From the human T2T-CHM13v2.0 reference genome, Homo sapiens, in assembly GCF_009914755.1 (NCBI RefSeq), contig NC_060937.1: DNA of 64,000 bases; one strand, 5' to 3'. How positions within the stretch are numbered: position 1 is the first letter of the stretch; the number at the start of each line of letters is the position of its first letter. The position numbers and the translations under genes were made by a program. The notes beneath the pieces were generated by a model. That model saw only the letters and a list, made by a program, of their open reading frames with translations, was not told the DNA's origin and did not search any database. This document shows positions 28,923-43,026 of the stretch, piece by piece.

Positions 28923-31111
28923 CTAAGGGTTCCAGCTGGGTTTCTGGGGTGTTCAGTGGGGTCCCTATGCGTGGCAGGTTCTGATCTCTAATCGCAGTCT
29001 CCTTAGCATTTTGAAACTTCCAAAAACTTTACTATGCTTTTCAGAAGCTTCTTGCTTTTTTCAGAAACTTTCTACTTTGCTTCTACCCTGTACAAGTTCA
29101 GAATTTGGTATATACTTAGAGGGAAAAATCAGCTGTGTATCAGGCTCTATTTTCAAACTTGCCTTTTTCAGTTGAGTTCTAAATCTTTGAGTCTACAATT
29201 TTTGTCTTAGCAGCTTGTGAGACTGCAAGAAGCCTTGCCTGCCCCCAGCAGCAGCCTTCTTGTGTCCATTGCCCATACTTCTAATTTCTTGCGTTCCACC
29301 AAGAATCATCAAATAATCTAAGGGAAAAAGCAATTTCAGAATGTCATTTTACCTCTAAATTTCCTCCCCTTCCGGAATCTTTGGACCCTCAAGCCATAGT
29401 TTTCTTAGAAGTTTCCCTGTAACACTAATTCAACAGGTGGGGTTTTTTAGTGGTTGTTTCATTTTTGTAGTGAGTTTTGACTGGCTTTTTTTAGTTGCTT
29501 TTAGTGTGAGCATCTAACACACTACTCCATCATAACCAAAAGCAAAAGTACAGAAAGTTACTTTTGAGACAGTATGACAAATTAATTGGCTAGCCAGTCA
29601 TCCAGGAGGCTGGTACAGTAATATGAGTGAGAAATAATGATGACCTAGCTTAGGAGGGAGACAAGAAAGTGAATTTGAGATATGTTTTAGAAACAGAAGC
29701 AACAGTTACTGCTGCTTGATTTGATACAGGAAATTTAGTATTTCCCCTTGATTTCTGAGTCAAAAAATTAGGTAGATGGTGGAGCTATTTACTGAAATGG
29801 GGATGATCTAGAGTGGACAGGTGATTGTAAACAGGTTTAGGAGAAAAGAAATACTGTGTTGATGTTAAATGAATTAGTCAGTAGATTGTCCAAGTGGAAA
29901 TAGAGAATAGGAATTGAATAAATGACTCTAGAGTTCAGAGAAGCAGACTGGACTTAAGAATCATCAATATAAGATGGTGTTGAAACCAACCTTAAGAGGT
30001 CATGGAAAGTGAAAGTATGGATAAGAAATAGGAGGAAAAAACCCCGAGGATCCAGGTCTAAGGAACCAAACACTTATAGATCAAGTTAGAAAAGGGGAAA
30101 TCATCAAAGGAGACAGAAGGAAAAAAATGTAAGGAGAAAATGATACCATAGAAGCTAAGAAAGGAATATATTTAAGGGAACCAAGTGATCAACTGGGCTG
30201 AATGCTGCTATGAGAACCATTAAAATAAGGATAGAGAGGAGGGTCCAGAGTATTTTTTCCACACTGGAAGACTTTGATGACCTTAAAAAACAGTTTTAAT
30301 TGGTGCAGGGCTAAGGAATGAAAAGATGCGGAAGTTGAGTTAGCTTATATACACAACTATTTTGAGAAGTTTTGTGAGGAAGAGGAGGAGAGAAATGGAA
30401 TATTGTCTGCAACAGAGGGATGAGTCATTAAGGGAAAAATGCTGTTTTTTGTTTTATTTTGCTTTTTACTTTTTTTTTTAATTATAAAAGCTTGTTGAGT
30501 AATTTTTAGCAGGTTTGTTTGTCAGTGGAAATGATCGAGAGAAGGTGATTTAGAAGAGATTAAATTTTGGGGGAAATAAATGTAATGTTTTAAGTCTCAA
30601 AAGTCAATTGTATAACTGTGGGACAGAGATTTGGCAGTGTTTCACATGGAAAAGAGCCATGGGACATGTATTTGATCTCAAGGCCTGTAAGATTCAACAG
30701 CATAAAAGCTGCTAAAAATTTTATGCAGTCCTAAGCTGCATAAAGGACACATAGTATCTTTATTAAAGACCAAATATTACTGCAATCCTCTATTTATTTG
30801 TTATGCATTCATTCAATTAATATTTATCCAGCTGTACTGAGCTAGGCATTTAGATCTTATCTAGAATTTTGTGTCTGTTTCTGGATCCCAGATTTTTTAT
30901 GGATACTGACAAACCAAATAGTATTCAGAGGAAATTGAACAGGATCATGAGGTGTCTGGAAACAATGTCATATGAGCAATTATTCATTCAACAAAATTTA
31001 CTGAGTACTTAATGTAAGCCAGATAATGCACTAGATACTGAAGAAGATAACCAAAGACCTTGCTGTTAGGAATCTTATATTCCACTGTGAGAGACAATAG
31101 TAGATAGGTAA

Positions 31112-31528
31112 TTGGTAGTTTAAAAATGGCCACAGATTCTTCATAGCTCCTCCCATCAAGAGGTGGTCTGATTTTTCACCCTTTGTATTCAGGTTGGCCT
31201 TTGTCATTTGTTTTGACCAATAGAATATAGCAAAAAATGACATGTGATTTCTGAACCTAGGCCTCAAGAAGCATTGCAGCTTCAGCTCTTACCTTCTTAG
31301 ATCCTTGAGTCCACCAAGTGAAGAAGACTAAGCTCTCCTCCTGACGGAAGAAACACCAAGTAGAGAGAGGCCTAGCTATCCCAGCTTAGGCCCTAGTGAG
31401 GCCATCCTGGACTACCCAGCTCAGAATAACCACCCTACCAATCCACAGAAAAGTGAGAAATAAAAAGAACATTGTTGCTTTTCGCCACTAAGTTTTGGGG
31501 TGGTTTGTTATGCAGAAAAGGCTGATAT
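31112..31528 (+). mobile_element. MaLR LTR (MLT1G/H-like)
   Basis: aaaatggccacagattcttc..ctcctcccatcaagaggtgg...ccactaagttttggggtggtttgttatgcag. Confidence 0.75.
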
Positions 31529-32099
31529 AAAAAATGCCCATGATGTCATGGATCATAAGTGCTTTGAAGAAAAAGCAGAGCATGAGGTAGAGAATGGCAG
31601 CTGGAGGGGAGGCGGATGCTGATTTACTTATAGCCTTCTTAGAAATTCTCTCTAAGGAGATAATATTTGAGCAGAGACCTAAGGCAGTAAGTCATGCAAA
31701 ATGAAGAAAGAATATTTCAGGCTGAAGAAACACCAAGTGCATAGGTCCTGAAACGAGAACATATGGTTTGTTTCTGGAATTATAAGCAGATCAGCTGGAG
31801 CATAGGAAGCAAAAGGGAGAGTGGTAGGAAATACAATTGGAGAGGAAGCCCAAGGCTAAATGATAGAGTGGCTTGCAAGCCATACTACAAACTTCAGGTT
31901 TTACTGTTGGGCATTATGGGAATGCTATTACCTGTTATGCAGTATTAGGAAGACTATTTTGGCAGCTATGAAGCAAATAGGGAGTCAAGAGTGGAAGCAA
32001 GGCAGTCACTAGAGAAAACTGTAGTAATCCAAGAGAATGATACTGTTTTGGATGAGGGTTGTTGTAGTAGAGGAGGTAAAGGGGAAAAAAAAAGGTCTA

Positions 32100-32392
32100 G
32101 GCCCGGTACGGTGGCTCATTCCTGTAATCCCAGCACTTTGGGAGGCTGAGGCGGGGAGATCACCTGAGGTCGGGAGTTCGAGACCAGCCTGACCAACATG
32201 GAGAAACCCCATCTCTATTAAAAATACAAAATTAGCCGGGCGTGGTGGCACATGCCTGTAATCCCAGCTACTCAGGAGGCTGAGGCAGGAGAATCACTTG
32301 AACCCGGGAGGCAGAGGTTGCGGTGAGCCAAGATCTAGCCATTGCACTCTAGCCTGGGCAACAAGAGCAAAACTCCATCTCAAAAAAAGAAA
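32100..32392 (+). mobile_element. AluSp-like element inserted in an L2
   Basis: cctgaccaacatggagaaacccc and caacaagagc diagnostics; TSD-like aaaggtcta on both sides. Confidence 0.93.
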
Positions 32393-34649
32393 GGTCTAAT
32401 TCAAAATATATTTTGAAGGAACACCCAACAAAGCTTATGAATCAGGGGTAAGAAAAAATGAGGAAAGATCACTCCTGGGTTTTTGGCCAAAGCAGTGGTT
32501 AGAGAAAAAGAAAATTTGCTATACTGAGAAACTTAGAGGGGATCTATGCAATATCAAATACTTAAAATGTGGCATGTATATGTGAAGTCCCTCTTGTATG
32601 CCTCTATGAGGACAGAATTATGTTCACTGAGAAGAAACTCTAAGCAGTGAAAATTTGACCCCTATAAGGAAGACTTTTCTTCTAGCTGGAACGTAAGACA
32701 TCAGTCAGCTAGTAATTATTGAGGCTTTCTGGAAGTTGGTAGAACAGGGTACTTTCTAGGCACTGAAGCTACAGCAGTGGAAAAAGTGATGTGCAGATAG
32801 AGGCAGCAAAGGTAATTTGATTGAAAACTACTAGAGAGCAACTTATTAGGGATGTCATAGAAGGAATATATTTATTGGGTAAGAGGTAGAACCTCTTCAG
32901 ACCCTTCCAACTCTGGGTTTCTGTGATTCTCTAATGATCTGATAAACCGAATCAGACTCAAATATTTTTCTTCAGATCCCCTTGTCTCTACATTATTTAA
33001 TGCTATATTGAGATACCATACCATACAATTCAATTCATCCATTTAAGGTATACAGTTCAGTAGTTCTGGTATATTCTCAGACATGTGCAAACATCGCACT
33101 CAATTTTGGAACATTTTGATCACCTCAGGAAGAAACCCCTTTAGCTATTGTCCCCTCATCTTCCTGTTCTCAGTTCAGTTTCATTGATCAGTCTGTCTGT
33201 CCTTGTCCTAGTACCACACTGTCTTGATTACTGTTGCTTTGTAGTAAGTTTTAATATTGTGAAATGTGAGTCCTCCTACTTTATTCTTATTTTGTAGAAT
33301 TGTTTTGGCTATTATGGTCCTTCCATAATAATTCCATATGAATTTTAGAACCAGCTTGTCAATTTCTACAAGGAAATCAGCTGAGATTTTTGATAAGGAT
33401 TGCATTAAATCTGTAAATTAGAATGGGGAATTTTGCCATTTTAACAGTGTTAAGTCTTCTGATCCACAGAGACATGATGTTTTTCTATTTATTTAGATCT
33501 TCCTTAATTTCTTTCAACAGTGTTTTGTAGTTTACAAGTCTGAGTTTTGGACTTCTTTTGTTAAGTTTATTCCTATTTTATTCTTTTTAATGCTATTGTG
33601 AATGGAATTATTTTATAATTTTATTTTCAGGTTGTTTATTATAAATGTATAGAAATACAATTAAGTTGTATATTGATCTTTTATCCCACAACCTTGCTGA
33701 ACTTATTTATTAGGTCTAATAGTTATTGGTGGATTCTTTAGGATTTTCAGTATACAAGATCATGTCACCTATGAATAGTGATAGTCTTACTTCTTGCTTT
33801 CCAATCTGGATGTCTTTTTCTTTTTTAACCTCATTAGACTGGCTTGAACCTCCATTACAATGTTGACTAGGTTTATTAAGAACAGACATCCTTGTCTTGC
33901 TTCTGATCTTAGGGAAAAGCATCCAGTCTTCGCTCATTCAATCTGTGGGTTTTTTGTAGATGCTTTTTATCTACAAACATACTAACACTTAGAGAACGTC
34001 TGTCTATTCCTAGTTTGCTAGGTGCTTTTTTCCTGAAAGTGTGTTGAATCTTGTCAAATGCTTTTTCTCCATGTATTGAGATCATTATGTGAATTTTTTT
34101 TTCTTTTGATGAGACTCGATATATTTATTTTTTGGTGGTTAAACCAAACTTGCATCCCTGTGTTAAATCCCACAGGGATTTGCAAGGTTTATAATTCCTG
34201 CATCCCTTGGTTGGTTGTGGTTTATAATTCTTTTTATATGTTTATATATTCTTTTTATATGTTGCTGGGTTTGGTTTGCTAGTATTGTGTTTTAGTATCT
34301 TTGCATCCACACTTATAAGATATATTGATCAGTAGCTTTCTTATGATATCTTTGTCTGGTTTTGGTGTGAAGATAATATAATGTAGGCTTTATAAAATAA
34401 ATTAGGAAATGTTCTCTTTCTCTCTTCTATAAGCCATCAGGGGCTGGGCTTTTCTTTGTGGGTAGTTTTTTGTTTACTGATTCAGTCTCTTGTTGCAGGA
34501 ATATTCAAGTTGTCTCTTCTTGAGTCAGTATCAGTAGTTTGTATCTTTTAGGAGCTTGTCCATTTTCTCTAAATTATCTAATTTATTGACATACAGTTGT
34601 TTCTCTTCTTTTTCCATTGTCTTAGGTTGAAGGTTAAGTTATTGAAGTC

Positions 34650-34956
34650 TTTTTTTTTTTTTTTTTTTTGAAACAGGGTCTCACTCTGTCACCCAGACTG
34701 GAGTGCAGTGGCACAGTCATAGCTCACTGCAGCCTTGACCTCCTGGGCTTAAGTGATCCTTCCACCTTAGCCTCCTGAGTAGCTGGGACTATAGGCACAT
34801 GCCACCTTGCTCAGCTAATTTTTTTATTTTTTGTAGAGATAGGGTTTTGCCCTGTTTCTGAGGCTGGTGGTCTCAAATTCCTGAGATTAAGTGATCCGTG
34901 CCCCCCTCACCCTCCCAAAGTGCTGGGATTACAAGTGTGACCCACTGTGCCCAGCC
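34650..34956 (-). mobile_element. AluJ-like element
   Basis: Poly-T then gaaacagggtctcactctg...cactgtgcccagcc. Confidence 0.92.
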
Positions 34957-35644
34957 GTCTTCTTTTTTAACATAGACATTTATAGCAATAAATTTCTCTG
35001 CACTGCTATCGCTGTGTCCCATAAGCTGTGGGTGGTGTTATTCATGTTTAATACATTCTATTATTGTCGGAGAATACAGTGTATTATTTCTGTCCTTTTC
35101 AACTTATTAAGGTTTGTTTTGTGGCCTATTATATGCTCTGTCCTGGAGAATGTCCTCTGTGCATTTGAGAAAAATTGCGTATTCCATTATTGGGTAGTGT
35201 TCTGTAAATATGTGTTAGTTCTTGTTAGTTTATAGTATTAAGTCTTCTGTTTCCTTGTTGGTCTTTTGTGTGGTTGTTCTGTTATTGAAAGTGGGGTATT
35301 AGCTGGTATTTATTCTTCATTTCTTAGTTTCTGTTTTTGTTTTGGTTGGTTTTTGCTTCATATATTTTGGTGCTCTATTGTTAGGTGCACATATGTTTAC
35401 AGTTGTCCCATCTTCCAGGTTGATTGGCCCGTTTTTCATTATGGAATGCCCCTTTTTGTCTCTAATAACATTTTTGGTTTCAAAGTTTACTTTGTCTCAT
35501 TAGCCACTCTAGCTTTTCAGTGATTTGCTGCTGTCAGGATATGTCTTTTTCCATCCTTTTACTTTTCAGTATTTTTGTCTTCAAATCTAAAGTGTGTCTC
35601 CTGTAGAGAACATATAGTTGGCTCATGCTTGTTTGCTTTTCTTC

Positions 35645-35772
35645 AATTTTTAATAGAAACAGGGTCTTGCTATATTGCTCAGGCTAGCCTCAAACTCCTG
35701 GGCTCAAGTGATCCTCCTGCCCCAGCCTCCCAGAGTGCTGGGATTATAGGCATTGAGCCACTGCACCTGGCT
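35645..35772 (-). mobile_element. Alu left monomer (FLAM-like)
   Basis: Single arm: agggtcttgctatattgc...gagccactgcacctggc. Confidence 0.8.
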
Positions 35773-36937
35773 GGGTCATGTTGTAATTTAATCCGGTGCG
35801 ACAGCCTTTGCCTTTTGATTGGATTGTTTAATCCTTTCTCATTTAGTGTTATGATTTATTATTTACTTTTATTTCAGTAGTTTTGGGGGAACAAGTGGTG
35901 TTTGGTTGCATGGAAAAGCTTTTTTGTGGTGATTTCTGAGATTTTGGTGCACTCATCACCCAAGCAGTGTACACTGTACCTAATGTGTAGTCTTTCGTCC
36001 CTCATCTCCCTTTTCTTTCTTCCCCCTAAGTCTCCAAAGTCCATTATATCATTCTTATGCCCTTGTGTCCTCCAAAGTCCATTATATCATTCTTATGCCC
36101 TTTCACTTATAAGTGAGAATATACAATGATTGGTTTTCCATTCCGGAGTTACTTTGCATAGAATAATGGTCTCCAATTCCATCCAGATAGTTGCAAATGC
36201 CATTATTTTATTTCTTTTTATGGCTGAGTAGTATTCCATTATAGATATGTACCATGTTTTCTTTATCCTCATGTTGGTTGATGGGCATTTAAGCTGGTTC
36301 CATATTTTTACAATTGTGAATTGTGCTGCTATAAACATGTGTGCAAGTGTCTTTTTCACATAATGACTTCTTTTCCTGTGGAAAGATACCTAGTAGTGGG
36401 ATTGCTGAATCAAATGGCAGGTCTTTTAGTTCTTTAAGGAATCTACATACTATTTTCCGTAGTGGTTATACTAGTTATACTCACACCAGCAGTGTATCAG
36501 TGTTCCCTTTTCACCACATCCATGCCAACATTTATAATTTTTTTTGATTTTTTAATTATGGCCATTTTTGGAGGAGTAAGATGGTATGGCATTCTGGTTT
36601 TGATTTGCATTTCCCTGATAATTAGTGATATTGAGCATTTTTTTAATGTTTGTTGGCCATTTGTGTATCTTCTTTTGAGAATTGTCTTTTCATGTCCTTA
36701 GCCCACTTTTTGATGGGATTATTTATTTTTTTCTTGCTGATTGGTTTGAGTTTCTTGTAGATTCTGTATATTAGCCCTTTGTCAGATACACAGTTTGTGA
36801 GATTTTCTCCTACTCTGTGGGTTGTCTGTTTATTCTGCTGATTATTTCTTTTGCTATGCAGAAGCTTGACTGAAAGCTTTTATTATGAATGTGTGTTGAA
36901 TTTTCTGAACTTATTGACATGATTATGTATTTATTTT

Positions 36938-37071
36938 GGCTGGGCGTGGTGATTCACGCCTGTAATCCCAGCACTTTGGGGGGAGGAGGCTGCAGTGAGC
37001 CAAGATCTAGCCATTGCACTGCAGCCTGGGCAACAAGAGAGAAACTCCGTCTCAAAAAATAAATTAATAAA
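36938..37071 (+). mobile_element. Internally deleted Alu (AluSp-like 3' end)
   Basis: First ~45 nt of the left arm joined directly to the end of the right arm. Confidence 0.88.
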
Positions 37072-39103
37072 TATATATTTATTTTTTATTAATGTGGTAA
37101 ATTACATCGATTAATTTTTGAATGTGTAAGCCAGTCTTGCATTCCTGAGATAAACCTAACTTGGTCATCATATCTAGTCTGATTTGATAAGTGAGTATTT
37201 TGTTTGTTTTGCACCTGTGCTCATGAGAGATCTGGGTCTGTGGTTTCCTTGTGACATTTTCATTAGGGTTTGTTATCAAAGATATGCCAGCCTCATAAAA
37301 AGAGTTTAAAGTGTTTTCTTTCTCTTCTGTTTTTCGGAAAAATTCAACAAAATCATGGCCAGGATTTTTATTTATGGGAAGGTTTTTAATTACATATTTA
37401 GTTTCTTAAATATTCTTTTGATTTTCCATTTCTTCTTATATTAATTTTGAAATGTTTTCTTTTTCTTGGAATTTATCTTTTACATTTTTATGTGCTCTGA
37501 CATGAAGTTGATTAGTTTTTTAGAGAACTAATCTTTCCCTGTGTTGATTCTCTCTCGAATGCTAATTTCTATTGTGATATCTTCCTTGACGCATGAGTTA
37601 TTTAGGAGTATATTGATTAATATTCTAACATTGGGATCTTCTATATGTGTTTAATTCTACTATGGTCAGCTAACAGACTCCGTTTCAATGTTTCTGAAAC
37701 TCTGTGTTGGAGGACTTTGTTTTTTTCTCTCAATCTCTGGTGAACTGACAGCTTTTGTAAAATACAATGAAAATGAAATTATGAGAAAATTGAAGAAAAA
37801 AGTATGTATATAAGATCCAGGTTTTACAGGGGTACACTGTTATTTCAAACAGGTATATTTTCTAAACACTTAATCTCAATTTCCAAACCTATCTATGGTC
37901 TAATAGCAGTTGTAAGTCAACATTCATCCATGGAACACACTTTAAATAGCACCGTTTATTGTTATTTTAATCTTTGAAGTTTGTCGAGACTTGCTTTTAG
38001 CCTAGCACATGATCAGTTACAGTAAATGTTCCATGTGCAGTTTAAAAGAAGATATGTTCTGCACTTGCAGGGTGGAATCTTGTATGTGTGTCAGTTAAAT
38101 CAAGTTTGTTGATGTTATTTAACTTCAGTGTTCTTACTCTTTCATTTTGTCTACTTGTTTTATGCATTATTGAGAAGAGGCATCACTCACTAAAATTGTA
38201 GATTTGTGGGTTTTTCCTTTTGGTTCTCTCCTTTTTTCCTTTGTATATTTTGAGGCTATCTTATTAGGTATATTCAGATTTACAATTGCTTTCTCTTACC
38301 AGTAGACTGACCCTTGTAACACTGTGAAATTGGCTGTTTTATTTTTGCATTTTACCTTAAAATGTACTTTATCTAATAATTAGTATAACAATGTCAGCGT
38401 TATTTTTGATAGTGTATATTTTTTTCTATTTCTTAAAAGTATAGTCTCTTATAACAATATATAACCTGCTGGATTTTTATTAATCAACTTTATTGAGATA
38501 TAATTTATATAGAATAAAATGCACCCATTTAAACGCACAATTTGACAAGTTCTGGCAAATATATATGTGCATGTAATCACTAACAGTCAAGACATACACC
38601 ATTTCCATAAGCTCCAAAGGTTCCTTTTTGCCCCTTCCCATTGCCAATCCCTCCCCACAGCCTGGGCAATCACCATTCTTCTTTCTGCCACAGACTATAG
38701 ATTAAACATGTCTTTTCTAGAGTTTCATATATATCTGGAATAGTATTATATACTCTTCTGTGTCTGGCTTCTTTGAAGGAAAAAAGCAGTGCAGAATGTT
38801 GGGCTCATCATAGTGCATTTCCGTTATCTCCAGGATCTTGGCCCTCAAGACCTGACTGACTTGGTAGCCCTCCAGTGCTTTTATACTGATGTGTTTATAT
38901 TTTATTTAGCTCTTCTAGTTGGGTGTCAGTGGGAGAGTTGGCCTTAAACATGATGGTTCACAATAGCCAGAAGCAGAAGACTTCTGGCCATATTTAGTGG
39001 TAGAAGTACAAAGATACAGAAATACTAAGGGTGAAGGTGAGTGTTCTAATTAAATGGAACCCACTGAATTCCCCTAGAAAACTGAGAGGGGTTGAAGAGT
39101 GTT

Positions 39104-39451
<348 letters not shown>

Positions 39452-41621
39452 TAAATTTAGGGTATGCATCCTATCCTATGTTATCAGTCAGGATTCACTG
39501 CCAGCAACTAGATATTATAACCAGGAGAGCATTTAGTACAGGTTACATATTGTTGGAAGATCTGAAGGAGCAAGTTCTACACTTGGCCTACAAGAATCAT
39601 TCCTAAACAATTACAGAGCTACTCTGTCAGGGAAGCTGCTGCCTCACAGGCTGCCACTAGAACTGTGGGAGAAGCACAGTTGCTGCCACCACTATACCAC
39701 ACTCTTGCTTACTAGTAGTAATAATGATAAAGAGGTGCAGCAAGAAAGCCTTTCTCTCATTTCAGCCTTCCAAGTCCCACAAGAATGGCTCTAATTAATG
39801 GAACCTAATGTGAATCAAACACTACTTGAAGAGACTATAAGAATTGTAGTTTTGGACTGAGGAACTTTTCCAACTATTTAGAGGTAGAATGAGGGTCAAA
39901 AGAACCAGTCCAAAATGTCTACCATGTACATAAATTAAAAGCCCTCTAACTTAGAGTGAGTGGTAGAGAATTCAACGTTATTCTGAATAAATTGTCATGT
40001 CATTTTTTTCCTCTAACATTGCTATCAATAAGTATAATATTTAATAAGACTCTCTATCATCTGTGCCTTTGATTTTTTCCAACTGCTGAGTGAGCATAGT
40101 ATGGCCTATGATTTAAATATCCATAATGCATATCAATTAAAGGTTATGTTTAAGTTCAGTTAATATTTTAATATTTGCTGAGGATATCCAAGACATCGAG
40201 GACATCACCCTGATAACTCTAAGAATTTAAACAGCTTACCACATTGACATTACCTAATTCCTGATTGCTAGATTGTCTTCAAAGATAATCATGAAATCAA
40301 CATATTTCATAACCAAGTGCTTTAAACTTTTATCAGCTTTCTTTGTAACTCTTATAGCATATTCAGGGACATACTATGATATATTCCATAAGTGTTTATA
40401 GCAATTCAGATCTTGATATGAAAATGTCAGTTGTATCCTCAAGGGCAAAGAGGTAAATATAGCTTTCTCCAGCATTACCCCTTCTACCACAACACCATGT
40501 TTGTTGATCTATTTTCTTTGCTTTCTTTTCCCTTCATAAGCTGGGTGGTATGGTATCAATAAAAGGCCAGAAAAAAGTCAGAACAATTTACACCAATACT
40601 AGCTAGATGCTTTTTGGTTTGTTGTAAGCTACTGAGACCTTATGATATTTTCAGCAGCTATAGATGGTTTGCACTTAAGGGGAGAATACAAAATAAAAAA
40701 CACAAAGAGACTGGTGAGCTGTAATATGATTGTTAGTCTAAGCATTAAACAATGACAGTATTGAGGACTAGAAGTTAGAAGGTATATGATGTTTAGCTTT
40801 CATGTGACAGTTTGGTGCTAGTATTTTTGTATGTAGGTTCTGTTTGTGATTTACAATGATTCTGCATTTGAAATTCACCTCAATTTTCCTCTTGCTGTTT
40901 GCATTAGAAAGAATTCATTGCAAAGAACTCTAAAAAAGAACTGACTTAATTTTATTTTTTGCACTGTAAATCCAAAACTACACTCTGTAAATATTCGAAT
41001 AGAATCATTTCAGAGAACAAAAAAAATTTTTTGACATTATTTTTATCTCTCATTTATTAAGATTAGATCATTTATCTCTATTAAGTAAATAGGTTTTTGG
41101 CACTGGGTAGTATATAGTTGCCTTTTTAAACATACATTTTATTTTTGTGACATTATAAGACTTGATTAATACTTTAAAAGACCCCTTGGATTGATTTACC
41201 TTCTTCAAAAAGATACCCGTTTTCACAGATGAATGTGTCTTTAAAAAAAAAAAAACAGTCATGGAAAAGACTGTTATTTTACTTGCCTAACCATCCACTT
41301 AATTTTAGAAAATTCTCTGGTCAAATACTTGAAAGGTGAATGTCTGACCAGTGCAGTAGTTGAATGTTGTTCAAGTTATTCCTGATTATAACTTTCTTTC
41401 ATCATTTTTCTCAGAGGTTTTTTTTTATTGTTGGGTAGTTGTAGGACTTCACTAATCAAGTTTAATTTATACTGTTTTGATTTCTAGTTAGCTTATAAAA
41501 TAATTTGTCAGAGGATTAATGTGTGAGACAATATTCAAAAAAGAGTATTTTTATATTTTGGGGACTTTAAAGTATGTCAATGATGAAATGTATTTTAATT
41601 CATTTTTCTTTGTTCTCTCAG

Positions 41622-41692
41622 GTGGATCTCCTTACGTAGCAGCCAAAATAAATGAAGCAAAAGACTTGCTAGAAACAACCACCAAACATTGA
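41622..41692 (+). CDS. DNAJC15: DNAJC15 last coding exon (exon 6), (G)GSPYVAAKINEAKDLLETTTKH*
   Basis: Acceptor tttctttgttctctcag; TGA stop at 41690-41692. The C-terminus ETTTKH distinguishes DNAJC15 from paralog DNAJC19. Confidence 0.97.
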
Positions 41693-41834
41693 TGCTTAAG
41701 GACCACACTGAAGGAAAAAAAAAGAGGGGACTTCGAAAAAAAAAAAAGCCCTGCAAAATATTCTAAAACATGGTCTTCTTAATTTTCTATATGGATTGAC
41801 CACAGTCTTATCTTCCACCATTAAGCTGTATAAC

Positions 41835-41840
41835 AATAAA
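41835..41840 (+). terminator. Proximal polyadenylation signal AATAAA
   Basis: AATAAA ~140 nt after the stop, followed by T-rich sequence (tcttgctttttatt). Confidence 0.6.
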
Positions 41841-41968
41841 ATGTTAATAGTCTTGCTTTTTATTATCTTTTAAAGATCTCCTTAAATTCTATAACTGATC
41901 TTTTTTCTTATTTTGTTTGTGACATTCATACATTTTTAAGATTTTTGTTATGTTCTGAATTCCCCCCT

Positions 41969-41996
<28 letters not shown>
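41969..41996. repeat. (AC)14 microsatellite in the 3' UTR
   Basis: Read directly. Confidence 0.95.
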
Positions 41997-42000
<4 letters not shown>

Positions 42001-43026
42001 AAAAAATATGATCAAGAATGCAATTGGGATTTGTGAGCAATGAGTAGACCTCTTATTGTTTATATTTGTACCCTCATTGTCAATTTTTTTTTAGGGAATT
42101 TGGGACTCTGCCTATATAAGGTGTTTTAAATGTCTTGAGAACAAGCACTGGCTGATACCTCTTGGAGATATGATCTGAAATGTAATGGAATTTATTAAAT
42201 GGTGTTTAGTAAAGTAGGGGTTAAGGACTTGTTAAAGAACCCCACTATCTCTGAGACCCTATAGCCAAAGCATGAGGACTTGGAGAGCTACTAAAATGAT
42301 TCAGGTTTACAAAATGAGCCCTGTGAGGAAAGGTTGAGAGAAGTCTGAGGAGTTTGTATTTAATTATAGTCTTCCAGTACTGTATATTCATTCATTACTC
42401 ATTCTACAAATATTTATTGACCCCTTTTGATGTGCAAGGCACTATCGTGCGTCCCCTGAGAGTTGCAAGTATGAAGCAGTCATGGATCATGAACCAAAGG
42501 AACTTATATGTAGAGGAAGGATAAATCACAAATAGTGAATACTGTTAGATACAGATGATATATTTTAAAAGTTCAAAGGAAGAAAAGAATGTGTTAAACA
42601 CTGCATGAGAGGAGGAATAAGTGGCATAGAGCTAGGCTTTAGAAAAGAAAAATATTCCGATACCATATGATTGGTGAGGTAAGTGTTATTCTGAGATGAG
42701 AATTAGCAGAAATAGATATATCAATCGGAGTGATTAGAGTGCAGGGTTTCTGGAAAGCAAGGTTTGGACAGAGTGGTCATCAAAGGCCAGCCCTGTGACT
42801 TACACTGCATTAAATTAATTTCTTAGAACATAGTCCCTGATCATTATCACTTTACTATTCCAAAGGTGAGAGAACAGATTCAGATAGAGTGCCAGCATTG
42901 TTTCCCAGTATTCCTTTACAAATCTTGGGTTCATTCCAGGTAAACTGAACTACTGCATTGTTTCTATCTTAAAATACTTTTTAGATATCCTAGATGCATC
43001 TTTCAACTTCTAACATTCTGTAGTTT

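Larger units (their letters stand above)
33000..38780 (-). mobile_element. Composite block of old antisense L1M fragments, with a younger L1 3' end (~35855-36870) and nested Alus
   Basis: Minus-strand ORFs resemble L1 ORF2 pieces (IDKLVLKFIWN, KTYYKATVIKTVWY, SLFIGDMILYTENPKES); L1 3' UTR motifs are present. Confidence 0.8.

Noticed and set aside
33208-37279. Minus-strand ORFs resembling reverse transcriptase/L1 ORF2
   Set aside because: Short, frameshifted fossils of old L1 elements with no intact ORF2; not a retron or other novel RT system.
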